Shown here piece after piece: positions 37,508-50,049 of a DNA stretch of 64,000 nt; the stretch's first letter is position 1; every line of letters begins with the position of its first letter. Position numbers and translations under genes: made by a program. The stretch is from Vicugna vicugna (taxonomy: Eukaryota): contig MU058531.1 of assembly GCA_013265495.1 (NCBI GenBank), positions 186,001 through 250,000 on the forward strand. Reading direction: 5' to 3'. The notes under the pieces are model-generated. The model did no database searches. It was not told the origin of the DNA and was given only the letters and a program-made list of their open reading frames with translations.

Positions 37508-37705
37508 GATGGATCTGTAGTCATTGACTCTTGTGAAGTGTCAACAGAAAATAATCAGACTTCTCGATTTCCAAAACCCGAGTTAGAGATTCAGTTTACA
37601 CCTTTACAACCAAACAAAATGTCAGTGAAACACCCGGGTTGTACCTCACCAGTGACGGTTAAGATTCCCAAGGCCCGGAAGAGGAAGAGTAATGAAATGG
37701 AGGAA
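37508..37705 (+). CDS. KIF20B: KIF20B tail exon (DGSVVIDSCE...FTPLQPNKM...KARKRKSNEMEE), phase 0-0
   Basis: Acceptor ttgcag, donor gtaagt at 37706; 198 nt; contains the TPLQP motif. Confidence 0.97.
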
Positions 37706-38760
37706 GTAAGTACTGTTAACTATTAAGTGAATTTAACAAGTAAACCTTATTCTTATTAAACTTAGTGATAATATATAGTTAAACTCTGTTACATTGCTTT
37801 CCTGTTCATAAGCACTGCTATTAGAGACCAAAATCACAATTTACAGTATATTCAATACTCTTTAAGAATATTACTGTGGTGAATAGTCCTCAAACAGAAA
37901 ACTTACGGATTTTAAAATATGTAGTTTATTCCTTATTTCAATGAAACTGTGATAGGTCAAATGCTGGCAAATTTTATTAGAGAGCTGTTTCAATATACCA
38001 GTCCTGTTCAAACTTAGTCACTTTCCCTCCAATGAAAGAGGAAAACAGTTGGTAAAGAAATCAGAGAAACTGAAATGGCTAATTAACCTCCTTGAATATA
38101 ATCTTTGTCTCTTAACTAAAATCTTAGGTTTCTATGGTCATAATAGGTTTAGGAAGAGATTCTTTTTCAGTCAGCCACTATTAAAATTTGGGTCTCTTGT
38201 TTAGTGGCAGGCTGAAAACCGTTTTACTTCTTCCTACTGCAGCTTTCTGATTTCGGAGTTTCCAAACCTTCTACCATATCCTAGCCACGCAGGTTTGACA
38301 AGTCACATAAACATTCTGATCCTCACTTTCCCCCCCTTTGGGAAATAAAGGGTTAGATATACTATGTTTAAATGCTTTGCTTTTGCTCCACATGTGGTAA
38401 ATACACAGTAAATGGCAATATTTATTTTAAAAGAGACTGTTTTAAGTTTAGAACTAATTATAAACTCTCTAGCGCAATAACTTTTTCTCCAACTTGTTTT
38501 TTTCACTTCTTTAAAGAGTAGTATTTTTGCAAGCTGGTGGAAGAGCAGAAATAGTATTAACCATACTCCTGAGGCTCTCTGTCAGGTAATACATTTGCTG
38601 AATGAATACTAGTTAGCATATTTCCTGCTATACGTAGAACACCTTTAGAGATTGTTTTGGAGAGCCTTAGTTAACTTTTATTCTATCTTTATATAATTTA
38701 TAGTTAACTTTTATTCTGTATTTAATTTATGTTTAATATATTTTAGATACCATTAAGATA

Positions 38761-38971
38761 CAGTTGACCCTTGAACAACAGGAGGGTTAGGTACCAGCCA
38801 CTGCATAGTGAAAATCTTGTGTACCTTACGGTTGGCCCTCTGTATGTGAGGTTTCTCATCCACAGATTCAACCAACTATGGATCGTGTAGTAACGTATTT
38901 ACTATTGAAAAAAATCAGTGCATATAAGTAAACTCACACATTTCAAACCTATGTTGTTCAAGCGTCACCTG
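38761..38971. mobile_element. Tigger2-family MITE (MER8/Tigger2a-like)
   Basis: TIRs cagttgacccttgaacaaca and tgttgttcaagcgtcacctg, with TA on both sides. Confidence 0.88.
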
Positions 38972-39751
38972 TACTAAGTAGTTTAATTTCATCATCATTT
39001 ATGTTAACATGTTGGCTAACATCTGTGTTGACTTTTCCTTGATTCATTTTTTCCAAGGGAAAAAGAAAAATTTGCTGTGTACTCTGGGTTAAGATACAAT
39101 TATTTTATTCATTTTACTGTTGGTATATACCCCCCATTTCAGAACAGATACACAGATTGTTGTACATATATCTTGTAGGAACTTAAAAGTTTTAACTGAT
39201 TTTGCTAGCGCTTTACTGTCATAATAAACTGAGGAAAATAATTTGTACATTGCTGTGTTCTATTCCCGTGAAGACTCCAAAGAGATCTTTATTGTCACTA
39301 CAAATATGGTGGAGTTACAATCAACCTTTCTTCATTTGCTTCCTCTGATTCCCATCTGTCTGTCTTCCCCTTTTGGGAAATTTACTTCTTATGATCCTGA
39401 TGACTTGACTTTGTAATTTGAATTTTAAGGTTCAGTCACGATCTTCTCTCTGCTTCTTTTGACTTTCTTTTTCCTTTTATGCTTATAATCTTTAGTACAA
39501 CTAGGATTTGTACATGTTTAATTCAGTTAATATACTACAAAAGACTTTGTCTTAAGTGCGATTATGTGTGGAGAAATAGATGTCTGTGGTATAGTAAGGA
39601 AGACATACTTCTTAACTTTCACATTTTACTTGTACTTATACCATAGATTTTTATTTGTTTTTGTTTTGTTTTCAATGTTGCTAAATTTCAACTAGAGGTC
39701 ATGCTCAGCATGATTTGGGAGTTGGAGAAAGGGTAGGTATATTGCTGTGTG

Positions 39752-39832
39752 TTTTAATGGAGGTACTGGGGATTGAACCCAGGACCTCATGCATGCTAAA
39801 CATGCGCTTTACCACTGAGATATTAGCCTCCC
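39752..39832 (-). mobile_element. Vic-1-like SINE, short form (tRNA-like region only)
   Basis: tggaggtactggggattgaacccaggacctcatgcatgctaaacatgcgctttaccactgag. Confidence 0.85.
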
Positions 39833-40054
39833 TTTGTGCTGTATTTTAAAGATGGGGTTCAAAGATGTTATCCTTTTTACTATTTTTCATTTAGCCAATT
39901 TAGTAATTTCATTATTATGCAGGTGAAAAGTTTATACCTTTAATCATTTTGCAGTAAAAACATGTATTAAATCAACATGCTATACACTTAAACTTACATA
40001 TGTTATATAGCAATAATATTTCAGTGAAGTTGGGAAAATATTATACCTTCAAGT

Positions 40055-40267
40055 CAAGGTCTCTCAACTTCAGCACGATTGACATTTTGGACCAAATACT
40101 TCTTTGTATTGGAGACTATCCTGTACATTTTAGGGGGTTTTAGCAGTATTCCTGGCCTCTACTCACTGGTTGCCAGTAAACCCTCCCTTATTCCCAGCAA
40201 TGACAACCAAAATCTCCAGATATTGACAGTGTCCCTTGGTCAGGATTGCCTGCAATTAAGAACCATT
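40055..40267 (-). mobile_element. MER20 (hAT-Charlie)
   Basis: Collinear with the reverse complement of the recalled MER20 consensus (ttgacattttggac...ttagcagtattcctggcctctactcact...gacaaccaaaa). Confidence 0.85.
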
Positions 40268-40369
40268 TTCTTGTTTTTTGTTTATTTTTATTCCTTTTTT
40301 TTTTCATAGTCTAGAGAGGGAAAAAATATTGTCAAGAAATTAATCAGAGCTGGAAATCATTATTTTTAG

Positions 40370-40471
40370 GACTTTGTGAAATTTGAAAATAAGAAGAATG
40401 CTACACCCAGAACTAATTTGAAGTCCCCTGTTTCTGAGCGTGGAAATTCTTCTGTCAAAGAGGAAAAAAAG
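40370..40471 (+). CDS. KIF20B: KIF20B exon (DFVKFENKKNATPRTNLK...EEKK), phase 0-0
   Basis: Acceptor tttttag, donor gtttgt at 40472; 102 nt. Confidence 0.93.
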
Positions 40472-40855
40472 GTTTGTCTTTTAAATTTGTCCAAAACTGA
40501 CCATTTTCATAACTTAAATTTATAAAGTAGAAAATGAAAATAAAGATGTCAAATTTGATTAGTAATTATCCAGTTATAACTAATTTATCTTCCATTTCCT
40601 GTTCATCAAATTCATCTCAGAATATAACCTTCAGCATTTAGCCAGGAGCAGGTACCTCTAGATGTTCACTTCTGACTGTGCACTCTGCCTGTTGCACTCA
40701 TTTTGCCACTTTCTGGCCTTTTCATCCCTCTTATGTTTTTAATCCCAAGTTCCCTGCCTGAGAATTCATAATCTGTGTGTGGCTTCTTTAATTCAACTTT
40801 AATGTTTCCTTCTAACATTCCTCATCAGCAGTAACAGAAAATATTTGTTTATTAG

Positions 40856-41006
40856 GTTTCCACACGTCCATCATCTAAGACAGTTTATTCCTTACGGAGT
40901 CAGGCGTCCACAATTAGTATAAACGTGCCCTCTAAGAAAAAAGAAGGAACGCTGCAGAAATTTGGAGACTTCTTACAACATTCTCCAACTATTCTTCAGT
41001 CAAAAG
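40856..41006 (+). CDS. KIF20B: KIF20B exon (VSTRPSSK...GTLQKFGDFLQHSPTILQSK), phase 0-1
   Basis: Acceptor attag, donor gtttgt at 41007; 151 nt. Confidence 0.95.
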
Positions 41007-41809
41007 GTTTGTAGAATGTTAATTAAATGACCTTTAATGTTAAGTATATGGTACTTTCTAATATCTGACTGGTGTCTAAACTCAATAGTGACTGTTATAT
41101 TTCAGATAGACATTGTCCTATGTTAGGTACTGTGAAGGAAACGTGAAAGGATGATATGCCTTGGTGTTCACTGTGTAGTGGAAGAGAAAGACCTGTATTT
41201 AAGTAATTGATGCAGAGCAGGCTGCTTAACGTAGTTATAGAGATGTAAGCAAAGAACTGTGGTAGTATTAGGGGGAAGAGAGCTGTTTTGTCTGGGGCTA
41301 TGGGAAGATTTTATAGGAGAGATAGAATTTAACCTCGGAATTGAAGTGTTGGAAGATTATACTCTCTAGAGATAATCACTGTTAGTATTATGGTATATAT
41401 TATTCTACCTTTTTTCCTCTGCATAGATAAATATTGCCTGTTCTATAAATACCTATTGGGTTTAATTGCTTAATGCTTTTTTCTTTATGATATAAATATA
41501 TTAATACCTGTATATTAATATATGCTAAGAGATATACTCCCTATACATATATATTTATGTACACATCAACCAGAGGGAACAGTTAACACAAGCAGAGTAT
41601 CAGGGAAGTGTAGGGGATGGGCAGGTGGCAATATGTGTCTGGCATGTAGAATGTGGCGAGGGTACTGGTGGGGAAGGGGCTTTTCATGAGATTACCTGAG
41701 TGGTAGCATACAATAAATTGGAGACTTGAGGTGGGGAGAATGAGGCAGGGGACAAGTGAACTGAGTCAAATTGGTTGTATAAAAATACTTTCTATAAAAA
41801 CTTTACATA

Positions 41810-42110
41810 GAGCTTCCCAAACTTTCTAGGCTCACAGTGCCCTTAAAGTCTCAGCAATTTTTTCCATTGTGTCTGTGTACCCAAAGAAACACCTAATAGT
41901 TCCATCCTTTAGTATTTAAGGCCAAAGAAACCACTGAAAATTCAGGTTGCCAAAATACATCATCTTCAAAAGGAAGGTAATGTGATATCTTTTTGAAACT
42001 GTGAACTACCCTAAGCTATTGAGTGTCACTGTTTACCTCAAAAATTTAAAATACTCCGAGGCACTCTTGTGAGTTTGCTGCAGCAGTCTTGGTGCACAGT
42101 TTGGAAACTT
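41810..42110. mobile_element. hAT-Charlie-like non-autonomous element
   Basis: Termini gcttcccaaact and cacagtttggaaac. Confidence 0.5.
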
Positions 42111-42791
42111 CAGAATTATCAGGCCCATTTGTCTATATTTTTCAAAAAATACAGGTATTTTTTGAAAGGCATAGTTTGTATAAGCATAGAAAATATCTGG
42201 AGAGATAAACAGTAAACTGTTAAATGTCTGAATTTGGAGAAGTGGGACTTGTTGTTTTAGGTTCTTGTGTATTTTATTTAAATCATATTGACCATCACTT
42301 ACATATAAAAAGGAAATATATTTTCAAGGAAAGGAGGGTACCCACATGGTAATGACTCTGTTACTTGGTTGTCTCAGCTCCTTAACAATTTCCCTACCCA
42401 TATACATGGTGTGGATCTTTTGTTTGTTGAACGTTTTTCTAGGAATGTAAGGTATCTCTATTTTGGATTGTAACTACCATACATGTCTGTTGTTCACTTG
42501 GAAATACAGGGAAAAAAGAAGAAAAGAGATTAGTTCTTAAAGTTCTGCTGCTCTGTTAACTACCATTAATCCATTACTCAATGTCTCTGGTCTCCCAACT
42601 TATCCCCTTTGCCTGTCTCCTGGTCAGTACTTGGCGGCCAGAGTGATCTTTTCACAGTGCAGTTGGATTATTTAAACTGTAGTTTTTTTGTTTTCTTGTT
42701 ATCTTTTCCAGTAGAATATAAGCTCTACAAGTGCAAAATGTCTGTCTGGTTTACATCCTTAGCTCTCAGTATAGCGGCTGGCACAGAGCAG

Positions 42792-43465
42792 TGAAGAGTT
42801 TGGAGGCTCCAGGCCAAAATCCTATGTGTGATTTGATTCAGACTGAGCACAGACAATTACAAAGACTACCTATTAGGCCTCATGGGGGAAAGCTGCCCTT
42901 CCCCTGTCAGACTTGGTACACAGCCAGTGCATTACAGTCTCTGCAGCGAGTTAGTCAGGGACTCGGGTCTCCTGCAGGCCATGCTCTTATACACATCTGC
43001 ATTCCTAGCCTAGGAGCCTTTGTCTGGATGCTCTTCACAGGGAACCTTCAGTAGAGAACTTCCTCAGGTGCCTCTGCTGAAGACCTTCTCTATGATGCGG
43101 AAGCAGGGGAACCTTGAAAACACTTCTTTCCAGTCTGACTACCTTTCCATTCCTAGCCCTTCTCCCTTGTCTCCAGCCCCAAGTTCCATAAACCTGCAAG
43201 TGCAAGGACCTTTTGTTTAGGGATCACCCCGCAGTGAGATGACCCCCACTTCTGTGCTGACCCACCTGACCTAGACCATGCACTATTCTATGGGGGAGTA
43301 TAGAAGTGGCGTGGGGTTGGTGCATTCTCAGGATCAGCTTCTTTCCTATTCTATTGCAGTAAATGGTTAGAGGCTTGACTGCTAACTTTCATTTTGACTT
43401 GTTGTCTTAATTAGCTACTCTGACATCTGGCAGCTCAGCTCTCAGGCTCAGCTCAGCCCTTGACA
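42792..43465 (+). mobile_element. Probable solo LTR inserted at an L2 3' end
   Basis: About 670-nt GC-richer block with TG...CA ends and imperfect flanks agcag/agtat. Family uncertain. Confidence 0.5.
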
Positions 43466-44204
43466 AGTATACCATCAATTCAGCATATTTCCTTAAATGT
43501 GGTTTCTTTTTTTTTTTTTTAAATATAGTTGATGTCATATGTGTATGGATTTCTATTCAGGAGTTTTCCCAAATGGAAATATGTTGTCTGTTAAAATCAA
43601 TATGTGTCTGTTAAAAAAAATAAAACAGATGTACAAAGTAAGAAATTTAGAAATTTCTATTCTACTTCCCAGAAGTAATCAACTGTTAACAGTTTACTAT
43701 GTGTGTGTGTGTTTGTGTATGGGCATGAGTGTTAGCTAAAAGTAAAGGGCTCACAGTTACACATTACTTTCACTTGATATTCGTTGTGGACATCTTTACA
43801 TGTGAGTACTGAACTAGTTCTACTCCCTTATTATTTTTAATGCTGCATGGTCCACCATACGTGTGTCCTGCTCTTTTCCTTAATGTAGCATAAACCTCTT
43901 GCAAGTTATTAAAGACACTTGAGTTTTTACTCTTGTACTGTAATTTACCATACCTTTTCACTATGTTGAACATTAGTGAAATGATATTTTATTTGTCTTT
44001 TTGTTTTTACTGCTGATCACTATTTCATGTGTTTATTAGGCATTTAATTTTTTTCTTCGTGATTTTTCTGTTAATGTCCTTTCACCATTTATAAATTGCA
44101 GTGCTTTTCTTTTTAATACGGTATGTTCTTTCCTTATTAAGGATTTAGAACCTTTGCAGTTAGATTTTTTTCTCCAGAATTTAACTAATGTATTTTTTTC
44201 ATAG

Positions 44205-44347
44205 CAAAGAAAATAATTGAAACAATGAGCTCTTCAAAGCCTTCAAATGTAGAAGTAAGTAAAGAAAATGTGTCTCGACCAAAATGGGCCAAACGGAAAT
44301 TATACACAAATGAAATTTCATCTCCTATTGATATATCTGGCCAAGTG
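44205..44347 (+). CDS. KIF20B: KIF20B penultimate exon (KKIIETMSSS...KEN...ISSPIDISGQV), phase 1-0
   Basis: Acceptor tttcatag, donor gtgagc at 44348; 143 nt. Confidence 0.94.
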
Positions 44348-45469
44348 GTGAGCTACCATTTCAGTTTTCTTAAAAGTAAAACTCTTCATGTTCTTTTTAG
44401 TTCTGAATTATTCATAACTTTGTAAATTTTATAATGGTTTGAATTTTCATTCTATACATCAAATTTCTTAAAACATGCTTTAAATGTTACACTTTTGGTA
44501 TTGGATGTGCTAAATTTGTAGTAATGGATATAAATGCTGCATTAATGTATACAGGTATCATGTATTTACATTTATAAACTCGTCAGGAATTTTAATTCCA
44601 TCAGTAAAATTATCATTTAATAATTCATTTGCTTCTAACATCTGTTTTTCTTATTATCTTTATCACAAGATCTGGGCCTAAAGTCTGCCTGGTAAAGGTG
44701 TAGAATTGACATTCAGTCGTTTCCTCCCACCTTCCCTTTAAGGCTTCTAGATTCTCTTAAGAAAAGACTGTAGTTTGTCATCCTGGCTCTATGACTCATT
44801 CTCCTTACTCAGAACAGGCTGTGCTATTACAGAGAAAGTTCTAATTTTCTATCATACTTGCATTTGCCTAGTGGATGAAAGTGAAGATAGAAAAGTAATT
44901 AAAGGAAAAGCATTCAATAGGAGGTAGCCAAGAAAAATCAGGGGAGAGACGTTTTGCAACAGTAACTATCAGATGTAAGACACTTGAAGCGAGTGGTTAA
45001 GATTAGGGTCAATTAGGACATGCTTTCAGAAGTACTGTTTTCTTGGTCACTTTCCTCCATCTGTCTGATAAGTGCATAATTTTCTCCCCCGGCTGAAATT
45101 ATTTCTTTTCTTAGTTGCAAAATAATGCTCTTTCTACTTTCTAAGTTATGTACTTGCTACTGCAAAAGATCATTTCTTAAAAGTTATTTGAGGCATTTAC
45201 CTCCAAAATTTTAGTAATTATTTCAAATTTGAATTCAATACAAAGTGTGAATTATTTTGATTCTATAATTCAGTAGTGTTGAAAGACTCTTATAGAATCT
45301 ATCACTCTAGGCATGATTTATTGTACAAGAAAGTATAACTGCAGTCCAGGAGGACAAAAAATACTGTAATGTACTAATTATTTCAGTTATTGATAACATG
45401 AACATATCTATTAATTATAAATAAGCTTTTATTTTTATTTATAAAAAATTATGAAATTGTTAATTTCAG

Positions 45470-45547
45470 ATTTTAATGGACCATAAAGTGAAGGAAAGCG
45501 ATCACCAGATTCTCAAACGACGACTTCGAACTAAAACAGCCAAATAA
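45470..45547 (+). CDS. KIF20B: KIF20B terminal coding exon (ILMDHKVKESDHQILKRRLRTKTAK*)
   Basis: Acceptor tttcag; TAA stop at 45545-45547. Confidence 0.96.
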   Translation: MLMDHKVKESDHQILKRRLRTKTAK

Positions 45548-45696
45548 ATCACTTATGGAGAATGTTTAAATATAAATTTTATATTCATAATCATTGTAAC
45601 CTGCATCCTGACTTTTTAAAGATAATTGTATATACTATGATGCATCAAATCCCTTTGTATATACATTGCTATTTTATAATAGTATAATTTTAATTC

Positions 45697-45722
45697 AATA
45701 AAGAAAATAAGTCAACAATAAA
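45697..45722 (+). terminator. Candidate KIF20B polyadenylation signals (two AATAAA)
   Basis: AATAAA at 45697-45702 and 45717-45722, with upstream TGTA motifs and downstream T/GT-rich sequence. The actual transcript end cannot be determined from sequence alone. Confidence 0.55.
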
Positions 45723-46585
45723 TTTACTTGTCTATTTTCTAAGAGTTTTTAATACTAGCTTTTCAAACTGTATATATTTTCCTATCATCTCAAGTGTAGA
45801 ACCAGTGAGGATCTCAGGAAAGATGCTGTTATTTTTGTTTTTCTGTACATGGATGTCATAGGTTAGATATTTAGTTTACTTATATTTAACAGTGTTTTAG
45901 GGATTGCTTTTATTGTAAGTACCTGTTGGGAAATATGGATGATTTTACTTATCTGTTTGGAGCATAGCTAAGATTCAGGGAGTAAATGTGTATAGGTCTC
46001 CTAGTTGCTAAAATATGTACACACATAATTTAAGACCTCAGGTCTTTAATTATAATGTCTTTTATTCTTAAATAATTGAATAGAGTTGGCTTTCTGATTT
46101 TGCAGGACACAGACGATCAGAGGCATAAAGTTAGAAAAGAAGAGGAGTTATCTAAAGGCCAAAAAATAATACTGATAACCAGAAAAGAGAATTTTAGACC
46201 CACAGAGACCTTAGAAAACTGAGACCCATAAAGCTTACTTTCTCAAGATCACAGTGCTAGGGTATAATAAGCTTTGGTTTAAAAAAAACACCGACAAGAA
46301 GCAAAAAAAAAAACCAACAAAGCAGAGGCGTCAAGAATTATTGCAACTGGGGCTTTATAAGAGCACACATTTATACATCTAAAGCCTTTAAGATTTCCTT
46401 GGATTTTAGTATTTATTATAATCATGACCCTGAGTCAGAAATATTATCTTTGGTGGCTTGTTTAGGAAACACTTTTACCATATTTAGGGACAATTTTCAT
46501 CAAAATAGTTAATTTAAAGTTAACCTCTTTAAGCACAAAAATATTTTTACGATGCTAATGATTTCATTGTGCTAAAAATATATAC

Positions 46586-46803
46586 AAAATTGGTCCTCAT
46601 TATTCACAGATTCCATATTTGCAAATTTACTTATTTGTTAAAATTTGTTATCCCAAATCAGTACGTAGGCACTTCTGTAGTCATTCTTAGACCTGCACAG
46701 AGTGGCAAAAAATTTGAGTCACTCAACATATATGTTCCCAGCTAAGGTTGAACAAGGTGACGCTGATTTCTTGTTTCAGCTCTCATACTGTAAACAAGTG
46801 TCC
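46586..46803 (+). mobile_element. MER82-like Tigger fragment
   Basis: cctcattattcacagattccatatttgcaaatt...aaaaatttgagtcac...cagctctcatactgtaaacaagtgtcc. Confidence 0.7.
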
Positions 46804-46989
46804 ACTTCCCAGAATGTAGTCTGAAATCAAGCCTCAACCATATTCACAAAGGAGAGAGAGTTTGTCAGATTACAAGGGCTTGAGAGATACCTTGGGCTTT
46901 TTACACATTTGTATTAACAAAGCGTAAAACCAAGTCTGTGTAAATTGAAAGTAATCAGTCAGTAAACAAAATGCCTACTGGAACAAAAA

Positions 46990-47700
46990 TCAACATTCTT
47001 CAGAGAAAAATATAATACAGATTCTCTACAACGTATATTTTATAAACATGATATATAGTCGAAAATTACTACATATGGAAAGAAACAGGAAAATGAATCC
47101 TATGTAAAGAAAAAAAGCAGTCAAGAAAAACTTTGACATGGGCCAAATGTCAAATTTTGCAAAACTTTAAAGGAACTGTTGGTGCGCATGTTGAAGATTT
47201 AAAGGCAATGCCATCTTAATGAATAAAGACAGGGAATCTCAGCAGAGAGATGAAAACTATAAAGAAATCAGGTGAAATTGTTACAACAGAAAAAAAAATT
47301 ACTAAAGTAAAAAAGCCTGGCTGGATTTAACAGCAGATTAGAGATGTCAGAAGAAAGTGTCAGTGAACTTGATTCAGTTTGAGGAAAAGAAAGGAGATCA
47401 AGGAAGAACAGAGCCTGAGGGTCCTATGGAACAATATCAAGTGGATTAACCCAGTGTAACTGGAGATCCAGAGGGAATAAAGAGTAAAAATAGAGCAGAA
47501 AAATATATTTGAAGAAATAATGACCAAACATTTTTACAAGTTTTATGAGGAAACATTGACTTTTAAACTCCAATTAAGATAAATCCAAAGAAAAGTGCAC
47601 GTGGGAAGATCATAGTCAAACTACTAAAAATCAGCAGTAGAGTAAATTTTGACAGAAAAATCAACAAAATTTCGAGAAATAATAACATGTTGCATATAAA
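46990..47700 (+). mobile_element. Old L1 ORF1 region remnant
   Basis: aacagcagattagag...gaagaaag..tcagtgaacttga; ctatggaacaatatcaag; atatttgaagaaataatg. Confidence 0.75.
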
Positions 47701-50049
47701 CCGCTGACCTGGAGATAATATTTTGGTACACACAGACAAGGACTTACATATAAAAATATATACATAAAGCCACAAGTAGAGGGGAAACTACAGCGAGAAG
47801 GAAGACCATGACTGCCTTGCCTGGGGCCAGGAGATGGGATCAGAGGTCATGAGGAAACGTCTTGGGGAAATGGCTATTTTCTATACCTTGATTGTTTTGT
47901 ATTCTGTATGCAATTACTAAAAATAAAATTGTCTACTTGAAATAAATAAATTTTATTGTATGAAATTTTACCTCAATAAAAAGCTGGGAAAAAGGATTAA
48001 AAAAAAAAAACTGTAATGAGATACCATTTCAGGGAGACTAGAATAGCTAAAATTAGAAAGACTGACAGTACCAAGTGAAAGATTCTGGCTTCTAGCACAT
48101 ATACTTAAAAGAGTTTTTTGTTTTTTGTTTTTTTTTTTCCCCTGTAGAGTTACCACACTTGTTCTTTATTGTGGCAAGAGATCATATTTTGGAAAATGTT
48201 TTGGAGGCATCTTCTGACAACTGTAAGATATGGTGAGTTAAAAATAATAGAATTATAACTGAAGAATTTTATTAAAGTTCACTTTAGAATACAGCTATTA
48301 ATAATTCCACTTGATAAAATGATTGATAGATTTGGGGGGCAGTTTGAAAATTGTAAATGGTATTCAAATGGAATATAAGATAAATGTAAGTTGAATTAAT
48401 TCTACATGCCTAAGGAGAGATCATTTTAGGAATCTATTGCAAACCCTTTTGGTAAAGAAAATCAGTTTTAATACTTAGAGTAATCACTTTCTAATATATG
48501 TGTTTTACAAGTTTAAAATTTTATTTTTTCTTGCATAAGATTAAACCTGATTTGTGATTTCAAGTCACTTTAGCAAATGCTTATCAAAAGTTAATTATGA
48601 TAAATAACTACTAAAAACATATGAGAAGAAAGCCAAACATTGTTTATCTAAAAATAGGAAGAGGATATATACTGCTAAGTTCTCTTTTTGATTATAATTT
48701 TTTTGATCTTCAGTAGCATTTAAGAGAATATAAGATTTTATGTTAAAGTCAGGGAAACAACTTCAAAGAAATTTAGGAAAATATTATTGGTAGGCATGTT
48801 CAATAAGCCTGTTATTTTTGGTCCCTTTGGCTTTCAGAGATTTATTCATCAATTCGCCCAATTATACCCAGGTTTTGCAAAGTCATAGTCCAAATATACT
48901 GAATGTTCTCACTGATATGAGTCTTGAATCTCAGCCAGAGGAAGAACCTATGAACTTGATGTTCTGGTTACTCTAATCCACCATGTCAAATTGTGCTTCA
49001 CCTCCCAGCTGCCCGGGATCCCTAATCTTGATCTTCCTCACTTCTTTGGAGCAAGATTAAAGTACTTCAGCTATTTGATCTCTGCCTACAACCATCACTA
49101 CCGCTGTAATTGCTGATTGCAGTTTGATCCACTTTCCTTCCCTTCCATACTTTTTGTAAAGCATAGAGGCTGTTAGTGTATCTGCTTTAGCCAAATCCCA
49201 AAGAGTGACCAGACTGGGTACTAGACTGGAATTTTATTGGCTAATTTGATTCTTTAAAGCCTTTTATTTTTTGTAGGTGACTAGCACCTTTGAACCAGTA
49301 TCTGAACTCTGTCTCAGAGTCACACACACAATCAGATCCTTAGTTTCCCAAAATAAGGGACTGATTAAGGAAATTTAGGCTTTGTTTAGACCAGTTTCAT
49401 AGCCAAGTAGGCTAAATTTTCATAAATGGGAGCCTTTATTGTGGCTTTCTAAGTGTAAGGCTTCAGCTAGCAAAGCCTAGTCTGGTTAATAGCGCACACA
49501 ATAAAAATGATTTTTTAAAACATTTTTTTATAGAAAAATGATTTCTTTTCAGCCCTAATTAGCTAAAAGTTTGGTCAGTTTGGTCTTTGATTCTAAAACT
49601 CATTTTTTATTTTCTCTAGTTATATCTTCCACGTGCATCAAGAACATGAATGTATGTAAAATAGCTAATGGGCCTCATGGTACAGACTTGACATGACTAG
49701 GTTCTATATACCATCCAAATTTAGATATGGACTTTTTGTGCAATTTGTGTACCAATTCAGCAATGTGATGACTAATGGCTAGTCCTATGAAACTGCAGTG
49801 TAGTATATGGTTCAAGAATGCAATTTATATGCCAACACTTAACCCTCTGTATTATCATTCTGTTTATCACTTATTTGGGGACTTGCCTTTAGGTGACCAT
49901 TTAAAAACTTACTTAGCAATGAATAACCAGGGAATAAACATTCATAACAGCAAACTAGTATTGTTGAGATAAAATATGTACATTGATTATTGGTCAAAGT
50001 TAAAACTAACTTTTGAAATTTTTAATAGAAAAGAAATGAGACATTTAAA

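Larger units (their letters stand above)
122..45547 (+). other. KIF20B: KIF20B gene, 3' part (20 coding exons, stalk and tail; 5' motor-domain exons outside the window)
   Basis: The spliced translation (KLLDLIEDLK...EIQFTPLQPNKM...KRRLRTKTAK*) is collinear with the KIF20B protein as I recall it. All 19 introns are GT-AG and phases match at every junction. Confidence 0.98.
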
